From Candidatus Kaiserbacteria bacterium RIFCSPHIGHO2_02_FULL_55_25 (GTDB lineage: Bacteria; Patescibacteriota; Minisyncoccia; Phycocordibacterales; UBA2100), in the NCBI GenBank assembly GCA_001781335.1, contig MFLL01000010.1:1-52679 (forward strand): a stretch of DNA of 52,679 nt, in the 5' to 3' direction. The notes under the pieces are model-generated. The model ran no database searches and was not told the origin of the DNA. It saw only the letters and a list, made by a program, of their open reading frames with translations. Shown here one piece after another: positions 34,597-41,969 of the stretch. Position numbers and translations under genes: made by a program. Numbering within the stretch: the stretch's first letter is position 1; the number at the start of each line of letters is the position of its first letter.

Positions 34597-37083
34597 ATGA
34601 CCCGCCGGCAGATGGTCGGACTGACACTTGTGTGTGTTGCGGTATTTGTGACCGGCACTTTTGCAAGCGCAGCGACAACCCCGGACAACTCAAACACATG
34701 CCCCGCATACGGCAAGACCGCGAAGGGTGTCGAGAAACGTCCGTGCCGGCCGGGCAGTACACACAAAATAACTTTCGGTGTCGGCGGAAAGTACACACCG
34801 GCGGTCGGCGTACAGTCACGATGCCTGACGCAGGACCAAGAAGCGCAGTACGTCAAAGACCGTGGTGCCACCTGTACGGTGGAGTACTGCACACCGGCTC
34901 AAGACGGCAAAGAGAAGTGCACAAAGAAAACAGTCAAGATTGACCTCAACAAAACGGACCCATATGGCGGAGTTTCCCCGTTCTCGCAACAAGCACAGGC
35001 CGACAGCGCGCGGTTGGCCGCATACTCGGCGATGAACGATACGGCCGCCGCGTACCGCGCGGGTAATATGGCAAAGGTCCAGGAGATTGCAAATCAGACC
35101 AAGGCCAATCCCGAGGTCAGTGCCCTCATCAACAGCGCGTTTTCAAACATCAAGTCCCCGGCTGCCGGAGGGGGTGCAGTAGGTACTTTGAGTGACGAAG
35201 CGAAACTGCAAGCAGTCATCGCAAGTCTTGACCCTCAAAAGTCCGGCACCGCACAACCTCCGAAAGATGTGGTCACCCCGAAGAGCGATACTATTGCCGC
35301 GGACGTTACGGTCGAGAAAGCTCCCAAAGACAACGCGAACATGCCGTGTCCTGCCGGCGCAGCTTGCGACACACAGGGGAAGACCGCCACTCCGGCGTCG
35401 ACATTCTCGCCCGCGACCGAAGCAAACAAAAAAACCGCCACACAGCCGGCCCAGCCAACTTCATGGTGGGGCTCGGTCACCAACAAAGTGAGCGACTACC
35501 TGCCCGCCTCCGTCAACCGCTGGCTTGGCCTCGCCAATCCTCCCGACTTCCGGCCGTACGACCCCGCTACCGACGTGCCGCTTTTGGTGAAAGAAAACGA
35601 CTCGGCCTCGTTGAAAGACAAGTTGCATTTAGACCCGTTCGACACACAAAGTCCCGTTGTGCTCATGAACAAAGACGTCAGTGTCAGTAGCGGCGAGACC
35701 GCATTGCAAGCGATGACAAAGAGACAATCACAAGCCGTGCAGACCGCGGACATTGACCCCGATACACCCGTTCCTTCCGGCGGCATTGTGGTCACGCCGC
35801 TCGATGCAAGTGGTAAACCGAATCTCGGCGCGTCACAAGTAATGGAAGCGGGCACGTGGAGAGATTTTCTCAACGAGGTAAATGGCAACGACAAGTACAA
35901 CAACACCGTGATATCGGTGAATATACCGAGTTCGGAGCAGAAGACGGAGACTCCGGCGGGGGCGGATGTCACCCTGTCTTCGTTTGAAGACCTACCGGCA
36001 TCGGTGAAAGAGGTGTTCCAAAAACAGGATGCTCCGAACAAGCTAGCTCCACCACAGGTGGCCGACAACCCTCCGCCGGGCACAGAAAGTCCGACGTTGG
36101 CCAACAACACTCCGGCAGGGAGTCCACAGAACGAGAGTCCGAAAGAATCTCCGGCACCACCGGCTCCGCAGCCTCCCACGCCCACTGTGGAGCAATCATC
36201 GCCGCCGGTGCCCACGCCATTGCCGGAACCGACGATGCTCCCGCCGGCTCCACCTGAAAAGGAAGAACAACCGCCGGATCCGCCCAAAGAGCCGCCGAAA
36301 CCGGAAGAACCGAAGCCGGAAGAAAAACCGGTAGAACCGCCCGTGCCTGTTCTTTCCTCGCCGACCAAGTCAGCAGAATCCGTACCCACGCCACTGCCTG
36401 AGCCGGAGCTGAAGGACAAACTTCCCACACCAGAATCGACCACCCAATCGAGCAAGGAAGAGATTGAAGACTGCAAGGGCAATATCGACTGCAGGCTTCG
36501 AGATATCAGAAAATGGTTGGATGATTTAGAGCGCCCGAAAGAGCCTCCCAAAGAATCTTCGTTGACCACGCCATCATCGCCGTCGTCACTGAGTAGTCTA
36601 TCCAGCTCACACCCACGATATGTTCCGGGCGAATCCAGCGAGAGTTTCCAAAAGAGGGTTGATGCGTGGTGGGAGCAATCGAGCAATCAGTCATTAGAGG
36701 ATTTTATTAACAGTCGAGGTGGTCAGGTGGGTCAATGCGAAAGCTGTCATAACCCTCAGATGGGCGGAGGTGCCGGCCCGACGACGGACTATAAGGGAAT
36801 CGGCATCAGAATACAGTACGAAAGAAAGGAAGTTGACGGCAAGGCCCTCCCGGGCGGAATGATTCTCAGTGTGTTTCCCAATACTCCGGCGGAGCAGGCG
36901 GGACTGCGGGCGGGAGACTTCTTGCTGACTCTTGACGGAGGGAAAACCTCCATGATCTCCGGGATTAAGGGGGAGCCCGGCACGTCGATCAAGGTCAGGT
37001 ATTTACCACAAGGTGCAACGACACCGAAGACGGTAACGGTCACGCGGGCCATCATTATGTGTAGCGTCTACGGGTGTCCGTAG
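34597..37083 (+). CDS. surface protein: signal/TM, Cys-containing N-domain, long Pro-rich spacer, C-terminal PDZ domain
   Basis: MVGLTLVCVAVFVTGTFASA. PPAPQPPTPT...PPKEPPKPEEPKPEEKPVEPPVP tract (nt ~36040-36440). PDZ-like GMILSVFPNTPAEQAGLRAGDFLLTLDG (nt ~36800-37040). Confidence 0.7.
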   Translation: MTRRQMVGLTLVCVAVFVTGTFASAATTPDNSNTCPAYGKTAKGVEKRPCRPGSTHKITFGVGGKYTPAVGVQSRCLTQDQEAQYVKDRGATCTVEYCTPAQDGKEKCTKKTVKIDLNKTDPYGGVSPFSQQAQADSARLAAYSAMNDTAAAYRAGNMAKVQEIANQTKANPEVSALINSAFSNIKSPAAGGGAVGTLSDEAKLQAVIASLDPQKSGTAQPPKDVVTPKSDTIAADVTVEKAPKDNANMPCPAGAACDTQGKTATPASTFSPATEANKKTATQPAQPTSWWGSVTNKVSDYLPASVNRWLGLANPPDFRPYDPATDVPLLVKENDSASLKDKLHLDPFDTQSPVVLMNKDVSVSSGETALQAMTKRQSQAVQTADIDPDTPVPSGGIVVTPLDASGKPNLGASQVMEAGTWRDFLNEVNGNDKYNNTVISVNIPSSEQKTETPAGADVTLSSFEDLPASVKEVFQKQDAPNKLAPPQVADNPPPGTESPTLANNTPAGSPQNESPKESPAPPAPQPPTPTVEQSSPPVPTPLPEPTMLPPAPPEKEEQPPDPPKEPPKPEEPKPEEKPVEPPVPVLSSPTKSAESVPTPLPEPELKDKLPTPESTTQSSKEEIEDCKGNIDCRLRDIRKWLDDLERPKEPPKESSLTTPSSPSSLSSLSSSHPRYVPGESSESFQKRVDAWWEQSSNQSLEDFINSRGGQVGQCESCHNPQMGGGAGPTTDYKGIGIRIQYERKEVDGKALPGGMILSVFPNTPAEQAGLRAGDFLLTLDGGKTSMISGIKGEPGTSIKVRYLPQGATTPKTVTVTRAIIMCSVYGCP

Positions 37084-37087
37084 GAAC

Positions 37088-38101
37088 TTACAGCAGTTTC
37101 GATTGCGCGGTCGTGGTATCGGCACCAAGGTGCTCGTAGGCTTTCTTTGTCGCGGTTCGACCGCGAGGTGTTCTTTCCAAAAGTCCGTTTTGCATGAGGT
37201 ATGGTTCGTTCACTTCTTCAATCGTCGCTTCTTCCTCCGAGAGCGCGGCCGCAATAGTTTTCAATCCGACGGGGCCGCCGCCGAATTTTTCGATAATCAC
37301 AGTAAGAATGTCACGGTCGGTCTGATTGAGTCCGCCTTCGTCTATTTCGAGAAGCGCGAGTGCCTTTTTTACCGTTTTGATATCCAATTTTTCTTCATTC
37401 ACCGACGCGAAATCACGCGCACGTTTCAATAAATAATTCGCAGTACGCGGAGTCGAGCGCGAGCGGTGCGAAATTTCCATGAGCGAGTCTGCGTCAATGA
37501 TGATATTCAATATTTTTGCCGAGCGGCGGAGGATTTCGGCGATTTCTTGATCGGTGTAGTACTGCAAACGGAACGTACCGCCCGAAAAGCGCGAGCGCAG
37601 AGGTGCGCTAAGCATAGAAATGCGCGTCGTCGCGGCAATCAGCGTGAACGGTGGCAATTCCAATTGCACTGTGCGGGCCGCCGGACCCTTGCCGATGACG
37701 ATATCAAGCACGCCCGCTTCCATAGCAGGGTAGAGGACTTCTTCAATGGTGCGATTGAGGCGGTGGATTTCGTCTATAAAAAGGACGTCACCCGGCGAGA
37801 GGTTGGTGAGGATGGATGCAAGGTCGCCGACGCGCTCAATAGCGGGACCCGAAGTGCTCCGGAGATTTGCGCCGAGCTCTTTGGCGATGAGGTGCGCGAG
37901 CGTGGTCTTGCCCAAGCCGGGTGGACCGTAGAGGAGGACGTGCTCGGGCTGGTGATTGCGGCCTTTGGCGGCAGTGAGGAGGATGCGAAGGTTCTCCTTG
38001 ATTCCTTCTTGGCCCACATATTCGGCCCACGAAACAGGACGAAGCGCCTGATCGAGGGAGCGGGGGGACTTTTCTATTGAATTTTCGGCTGGCTTGGTCA
38101 T
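37088..38101 (-). CDS. ruvB: Holliday junction branch migration ATPase RuvB
   Basis: [14 protein letters not shown] Walker [11 protein letters not shown] Walker B, and TTR sensor. 337 aa. Confidence 0.96.
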   Translation of the reverse strand: MTKPAENSIEKSPRSLDQALRPVSWAEYVGQEGIKENLRILLTAAKGRNHQPEHVLLYGPPGLGKTTLAHLIAKELGANLRSTSGPAIERVGDLASILTNLSPGDVLFIDEIHRLNRTIEEVLYPAMEAGVLDIVIGKGPAARTVQLELPPFTLIAATTRISMLSAPLRSRFSGGTFRLQYYTDQEIAEILRRSAKILNIIIDADSLMEISHRSRSTPRTANYLLKRARDFASVNEEKLDIKTVKKALALLEIDEGGLNQTDRDILTVIIEKFGGGPVGLKTIAAALSEEEATIEEVNEPYLMQNGLLERTPRGRTATKKAYEHLGADTTTAQSKLL

Positions 38102-38186
38102 AATTCGGCTCTTTTGCCAGCGCTAGCTGGGAAACGAGGCGGGGACTTGCCCCGTTAGAGGCGAGTTTACGAGCTCTCTAATGGGG

Positions 38187-38214
38187 TTGACAAATGGCTC
38201 TAATATGCTATACT
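38187..38214 (+). promoter_or_regulatory. near-consensus sigma70-type promoter TTGACA-16 nt (with TGc extended -10)-TATACT
   Basis: TTGACA 38187-38192, TGC 38206-38208, TATACT 38209-38214. No plus-strand protein gene follows. Confidence 0.6.
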
Positions 38215-38220
38215 GGACTT

Positions 38221-38448
38221 TAGAAGCGGATATTGTCCGCTTTTTCCATTTCTATGGAGACGCACAGCTTTGGGCAATGGTGACTTTACCGAGGACGCGA
38301 AGGTTTCGGCTCTCGTCATCCTTAGGTCCCGGTCGCAACATTCTCCCGAATGCATTGCCCAAACTTGTGCGTCTCTTTACCCCGAACATAGTCGAGGGGC
38401 AACTAATTTGAACCATAACACCCGATTGCCAGCGCGCAATCGGGTTTT
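38221..38448 (+). ncRNA. unclassified structured small-RNA candidate (~230 nt)
   Basis: Bounded by the promoter above and the terminator cccgattg-ccagcgcg-caatcggg-tttt (38421-38448). Contains a 23-bp helix pairing 38257-38279 with 38353-38375 (1 mismatch, 1 G-U). I could not match it to tmRNA, SRP, RNase P or 6S signatures by eye. Confidence 0.4.
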
Positions 38449-38481
38449 GTGGTCTAAAATTCTGCCTCAATAAAATGATTC

Positions 38482-38509
38482 GGACGTCGGCGTGTTACGG
38501 CCGACGTCC
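38482..38509. terminator. 10-bp stem-loop, probably a bidirectional terminator (sRNA candidate / MarR-like gene)
   Basis: ggacgtcggc-gtgttacg-gccgacgtcc, followed by tttgtcttt on the plus strand. Confidence 0.6.
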
Positions 38510-38516
38510 TTTGTCT

Positions 38517-38894
38517 TTAGGGGCGCGCGAGCTTCGGCATCTCGTCATCAATCATTCGTTCCAGTCGGGGCGTTGGGAATAGCAAGGTCACACGTTTGTC
38601 ATGCGGATGTATTTTCTCACGAATCAGTCCGGTTGAGATTGCCTGCTTGATGATTTTTTCGCTAGTCTTCATGTGCAGAATGTGCATGCGCCGCATCGCC
38701 CCAGACTTGTTAAGCGGCTTGCCGTCATTTGCTGACACATACACATTAAGCAGAAGCAGAACCATCCCGTGTTCCGCGATGAGCCCATGGCCACCGAATT
38801 CTCCGTCAAACCATGAATGGTTGAAGATGTTCAACAACGCCGCAGCTGCTTTCAGCGCCGATAACCGCTGTCCTTGTCTCGTGTTATGTAACAC
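38517..38894 (-). CDS. MarR-like winged-helix protein (weak assignment)
   Basis: GTG start preceded by GGGAGG. ...MHILHMKTSEKIIKQAISTGLIREKIHPHDKRVTLLFPT resembles a MarR recognition helix plus wing. Confidence 0.5.
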   Translation of the reverse strand: MLHNTRQGQRLSALKAAAALLNIFNHSWFDGEFGGHGLIAEHGMVLLLLNVYVSANDGKPLNKSGAMRRMHILHMKTSEKIIKQAISTGLIREKIHPHDKRVTLLFPTPRLERMIDDEMPKLARP

Positions 38895-38963
38895 GGGTAG
38901 CCTCCCAAGTGGCAGTTAAACCGTTACTGGAGGCAGTCTCCACTAGCAAGAAAACAAAGTCAA

Positions 38964-39080
38964 TCAAGCGATTGTTTCCAACATCACTTCATCGTTGAGG
39001 TCCACCACGCGGGAGAGTTCGTCGAATGATGTCACGCCCTGCAATATTTTCACCGCGCCGTCTTGCGCCATGCGGCGGAT
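38964..39080 (-). pseudogene. orphan copy of the last 38 codons plus stop of the GspE/PilB ATPase gene
   Basis: The minus-strand translation IRRMAQDGAVKILQGVTSFDELSRVVDLNDEVMLETIA* is identical to the C-terminus of 39803..41494. 12 third-position differences and a different stop codon (TGA vs TAG). No upstream reading-frame continuity. Confidence 0.85.
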
Positions 39081-39133
39081 TCTTGGGTTGCTGTATCTGA
39101 CGATAATTTTTCCAATTGGATTTCGTTTCAGCC

Positions 39134-39469
39134 TCAGGAAACATGCACTTTCGCGCCCACGGCAGCGAGAATGCGTGATGCGGTTTTAAGCGTGGGGCTT
39201 GATTCGCCAGTCTCAAACCGGGCAATGGCCGCCTGCTGCATGTTGGCGCGTTTGGCGATTTGCGCCTGCGTGAGCTTCTTTTCAATACGCTTGCGGATAA
39301 TGGCAAATCGCACCGCCCGCTCAAGGGCTCCCGCTTCGTAGAGCGTGCGGGTTTCTTTGTCTTTCAGGAGCTCGCGCCTCATGTGCTCAAACGGTACGTA
39401 TCCGAGTTTCTTCGCTCGGGCCAGAAACGTTTTTTGTTCCTTGGTCGATCTTTTTCCCATGCGTACCAT
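39134..39469 (-). CDS. XRE-family HTH antitoxin (HigA-like)
   Basis: IRKRIEKKLTQAQIAKRANMQQAAIARFETGESSPTLKTASRILAAVG HTH_3 pattern. ATG at 39469; the track start at 39496 is a TTG overlapping the toxin. Confidence 0.8.
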   Translation of the reverse strand: MVRMGKRSTKEQKTFLARAKKLGYVPFEHMRRELLKDKETRTLYEAGALERAVRFAIIRKRIEKKLTQAQIAKRANMQQAAIARFETGESSPTLKTASRILAAVGAKVHVS

Positions 39470-39488
39470 AATAACGAATACGTTATAA

Positions 39489-39797
39489 TTACGCAAGCTC
39501 CCCGAATCTTCTGTGCGCTGTTCGCAGTTCTCGCGGTGGTATTTTGTTCGATTTCTTTACAAAGCCGTTTACTATGTACACCGTGTCTCCCGAAAAGCCA
39601 TATAACAAGCGGACTTGGACAGAACCTTGAATGCGCAATTCAAACAGGTTAGCCGCAACTTTTTTACTGTCGGGCGGCGGGAGCAGTCGCCCAAACATTT
39701 CTAAGGCATCAAGTTGCTCCGTAGCTTTACTTTTCAGATCGGGCGGAAGTGTTTTTAGGAATTTTCTCACTGAATGATGGATACTCAGCGACGTCAT
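39489..39797 (-). CDS. RelE/HigB-superfamily toxin (phage Gp49-like)
   Basis: ...FELRIQGSVQVRLLYGFSGDTVYIVNGFVKKSNKIPPRELRTA, typical of the Gp49/HigB family. The toxin lies upstream of the HTH antitoxin. Confidence 0.75.
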   Translation of the reverse strand: MTSLSIHHSVRKFLKTLPPDLKSKATEQLDALEMFGRLLPPPDSKKVAANLFELRIQGSVQVRLLYGFSGDTVYIVNGFVKKSNKIPPRELRTAHRRFGELA

Positions 39798-39802
39798 AGT
39801 AG

Positions 39803-41494
39803 CTACGCAATCGTCTCCAACATCACTTCATCATTGAGGTCCACAACGCGCGAGAGTTCGTCGAATGATGTCACGCCCTGCAATATTTTCACCGCACCAT
39901 CCTGTGCCATACGGCGGATGTTCTGGTGTTTGGCGGCGTGCCAGATGTCGCGCTCGGACGAGGTGTGGCGCACGCACTCTTCGATTTCTCTGTCCATCAA
40001 AATCACTTCCACCACGGCGATACGGCCCTTGTAGCCGAGGCCGCCGCACTTTTCACAACCCTTCGGCACCCACATCTGCTCGCGATTCGCCGGCAGGTCT
40101 TCGGTGTGCGGGACGTTTTTGAGCAAGAAATTCATTTTCTCGAGCTCTTTGCCGGTAATCGGCGCGGCTTGCCGGCAATTGGTGCATAGTTTTCGCACAA
40201 GACGTTGTGCCATCGCGCATGTCACCGCCGCGCCGAGCACTTCGGCGGAGACACCCATGTCGATGAGGCGGGGGAACGTACCGCCGGCGTCGTTGGTGTG
40301 CAGTGTGGAGAAGACGAGGTGGCCCGTGAGCGAGGCGTGCACGGCGGTCGCCGCCACTTCTGCATCGCGGATTTCGCCGACCATTATCACGTCGGGGTCT
40401 TGGCGCAAGGTAGAGCGCAATCCTTGCGCGAATGTGTAGTCTTTTGAAACTTGGGTCTGCACGATACCGGGGAGGTGATACTCGACAGGGTCTTCGATGG
40501 TGACGATTTTAATTTCCGGTTTGTGCACTTTGCGCAAGAACGCATAGAGCGTCGTCGTCTTACCGCTCCCCGTGGGCCCCGTGTTCAAAATCATGCCGTT
40601 GGGCTTCGCGATTTCGCGGTCGAAAATATCCATCAGGTACTTGTCGAAGCCGAGCGCTTCCATCGGGAGTGCGATGGTGGTCGGGTCCAAGAGACGCATG
40701 ACGATGGTTTCCGCATACGAGCCGGGAAGGACCGAGGTGCGTATTTCGACTTCCTTGCCGCCGACGACGATGGAGAAGCGGCCGTCCTGTGCCGCGTTTT
40801 TTATGTTGAGCTTGAGACCCGACAAGAGTTTGAGACGCGAGGATATGAGCGCATAGGTCGGTGTGTCGAAGACAAGAACCTCGACAAGCACGCCGTCGAG
40901 ACGGTAGCGCATGCGCACGCCTGCCTCTTCGGGCTCGAGGTGCACGTCGGAGGCGCCGAGGCTAAGCGCTCCGGCCATAATGATTTCCAAGACGCGCGAA
41001 ATGCGATGCGTATCTTTGCTCTTGGTGTGTGAATTGATTTCCACGCGCACGTCGTCGAGGGTTTTGAGCTTTTGCAACATCTGCTGAATGGTGTCGTTGG
41101 AGAGCGTGAGAATACCGGCTTCCGTCTCGGTCGCGTATGAAATATCGTGGAAGCGGTCCCACGCATGTTCGAGTGAGGCCTGCGAGACGATAAACCGCCG
41201 CGGTTCGTAGCCGAGGTGCTCGAGGTCTTTGAGTATCTCCAGTGCGTCGGCCCGCTCGGGTGCGCGCATTCCCACGAAGAGCAGTTTGTTCACTTTGTGG
41301 AACGGTGCCACCTCGGCCGCGCGCGCCTGTGCTTCGGGCACAAGGCGAAGCGCGTCGGTGTCAATGGACTTGTTGGTGAGGTCGACGTACTCGACGCCGT
41401 ACTTACCGGCAAGCATCGCCGCGAGCTGCTCCTCCTCTTTGGCACGAAGCTCACGCAGACGCTCCTCCTGTTTTTTCTCGTTGAACTGCGTCAT
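39803..41494 (-). CDS. GspE/PilB-family type II secretion / type IV pilus assembly ATPase
   Basis: Starts MTQFNEKKQEERLREL at 41494. Walker A GPTGSGKTTT, Asp box, Walker B VIMVGEIRD, His box. Tetracysteine CTNC...CEKC. The track ORF to 41935 is a spurious extension. Confidence 0.92.
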   Translation of the reverse strand: MTQFNEKKQEERLRELRAKEEEQLAAMLAGKYGVEYVDLTNKSIDTDALRLVPEAQARAAEVAPFHKVNKLLFVGMRAPERADALEILKDLEHLGYEPRRFIVSQASLEHAWDRFHDISYATETEAGILTLSNDTIQQMLQKLKTLDDVRVEINSHTKSKDTHRISRVLEIIMAGALSLGASDVHLEPEEAGVRMRYRLDGVLVEVLVFDTPTYALISSRLKLLSGLKLNIKNAAQDGRFSIVVGGKEVEIRTSVLPGSYAETIVMRLLDPTTIALPMEALGFDKYLMDIFDREIAKPNGMILNTGPTGSGKTTTLYAFLRKVHKPEIKIVTIEDPVEYHLPGIVQTQVSKDYTFAQGLRSTLRQDPDVIMVGEIRDAEVAATAVHASLTGHLVFSTLHTNDAGGTFPRLIDMGVSAEVLGAAVTCAMAQRLVRKLCTNCRQAAPITGKELEKMNFLLKNVPHTEDLPANREQMWVPKGCEKCGGLGYKGRIAVVEVILMDREIEECVRHTSSERDIWHAAKHQNIRRMAQDGAVKILQGVTSFDELSRVVDLNDEVMLETIA

Positions 41495-41519
41495 TGTCCT
41501 TGTATTGTACACTGGCGGG

Positions 41520-41969
41520 ATGCAGGAACGGACAGACTCGGGTGAGCAATTGAAATCGTTGGCGCAGAAATATGTGCATGCGCTGTCTCCGCGCTCACGT
41601 GCGACCATCGTTGCACTCTCCGGTGAGCTTGGGGCGGGGAAGACCACGTTCGTGCAGGGAGTTGCCGCGACGCTCGGCATACGTGAGACCGTCGCAAGTC
41701 CGACGTTTGTTATAGAGAAAGTGTATGAGTTGGAGGGACAAAAATGGGAACGGCTCATACATATAGACGCATACCGTCTGAAAAGTGCGCACGAGCTTGA
41801 GGTTCTCGGCTGGAAAGAAATCACCGCGGACTCCGCGAATCTCATACTGCTGGAGTGGCCGGAGAGGGTTCCGGAACTCATACCACGAGACGCTCTCCGC
41901 GTCTTCATAGACATCGAAAATGACGGGCGTATCATCTCAATTGACTATGGCGGCAAAGAAAAAAACTGA
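41520..41969 (+). CDS. tsaE: tRNA t6A37 biosynthesis protein TsaE
   Basis: IVALSGELGAGKTTFVQGVAATLGI...SPTFVIEKVY...HIDAYRL motifs. ATG at 41520. Confidence 0.88.
   Translation: MQERTDSGEQLKSLAQKYVHALSPRSRATIVALSGELGAGKTTFVQGVAATLGIRETVASPTFVIEKVYELEGQKWERLIHIDAYRLKSAHELEVLGWKEITADSANLILLEWPERVPELIPRDALRVFIDIENDGRIISIDYGGKEKN

Larger units (their letters stand above)
39081..39802 (-). mobile_element. HigB/HigA-like TA cassette bounded by 117-nt direct repeats (38964-39080 and 39803-39919)
   Basis: See the repeat alignment in the findings. No recombinase lies inside. Confidence 0.45.

Noticed and set aside
38181-38411. 76-aa plus-strand ORF covering the sRNA candidate, plus the antisense 72-aa and overlapping 67-aa ORFs.
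   Set aside because: Its start codon lies upstream of the -35 box of the only convincing promoter. There is no SD, and the region is dominated by long-range base pairing and terminators.
41495-41935. N-terminal 147-aa extension of the GspE/PilB ORF in the track, and the mirror-image extension of the tsaE ORF (41229-41519).
   Set aside because: The two extensions overlap each other on opposite strands and contain no recognisable motifs. The homologous protein sequences begin at MTQFNEKKQ (41494) and MQERTDSGEQ (41520). Similar spurious upstream extensions were trimmed for rnpA, ruvC, ruvA, holA and the 20403, 28362 and 5791 ORFs.
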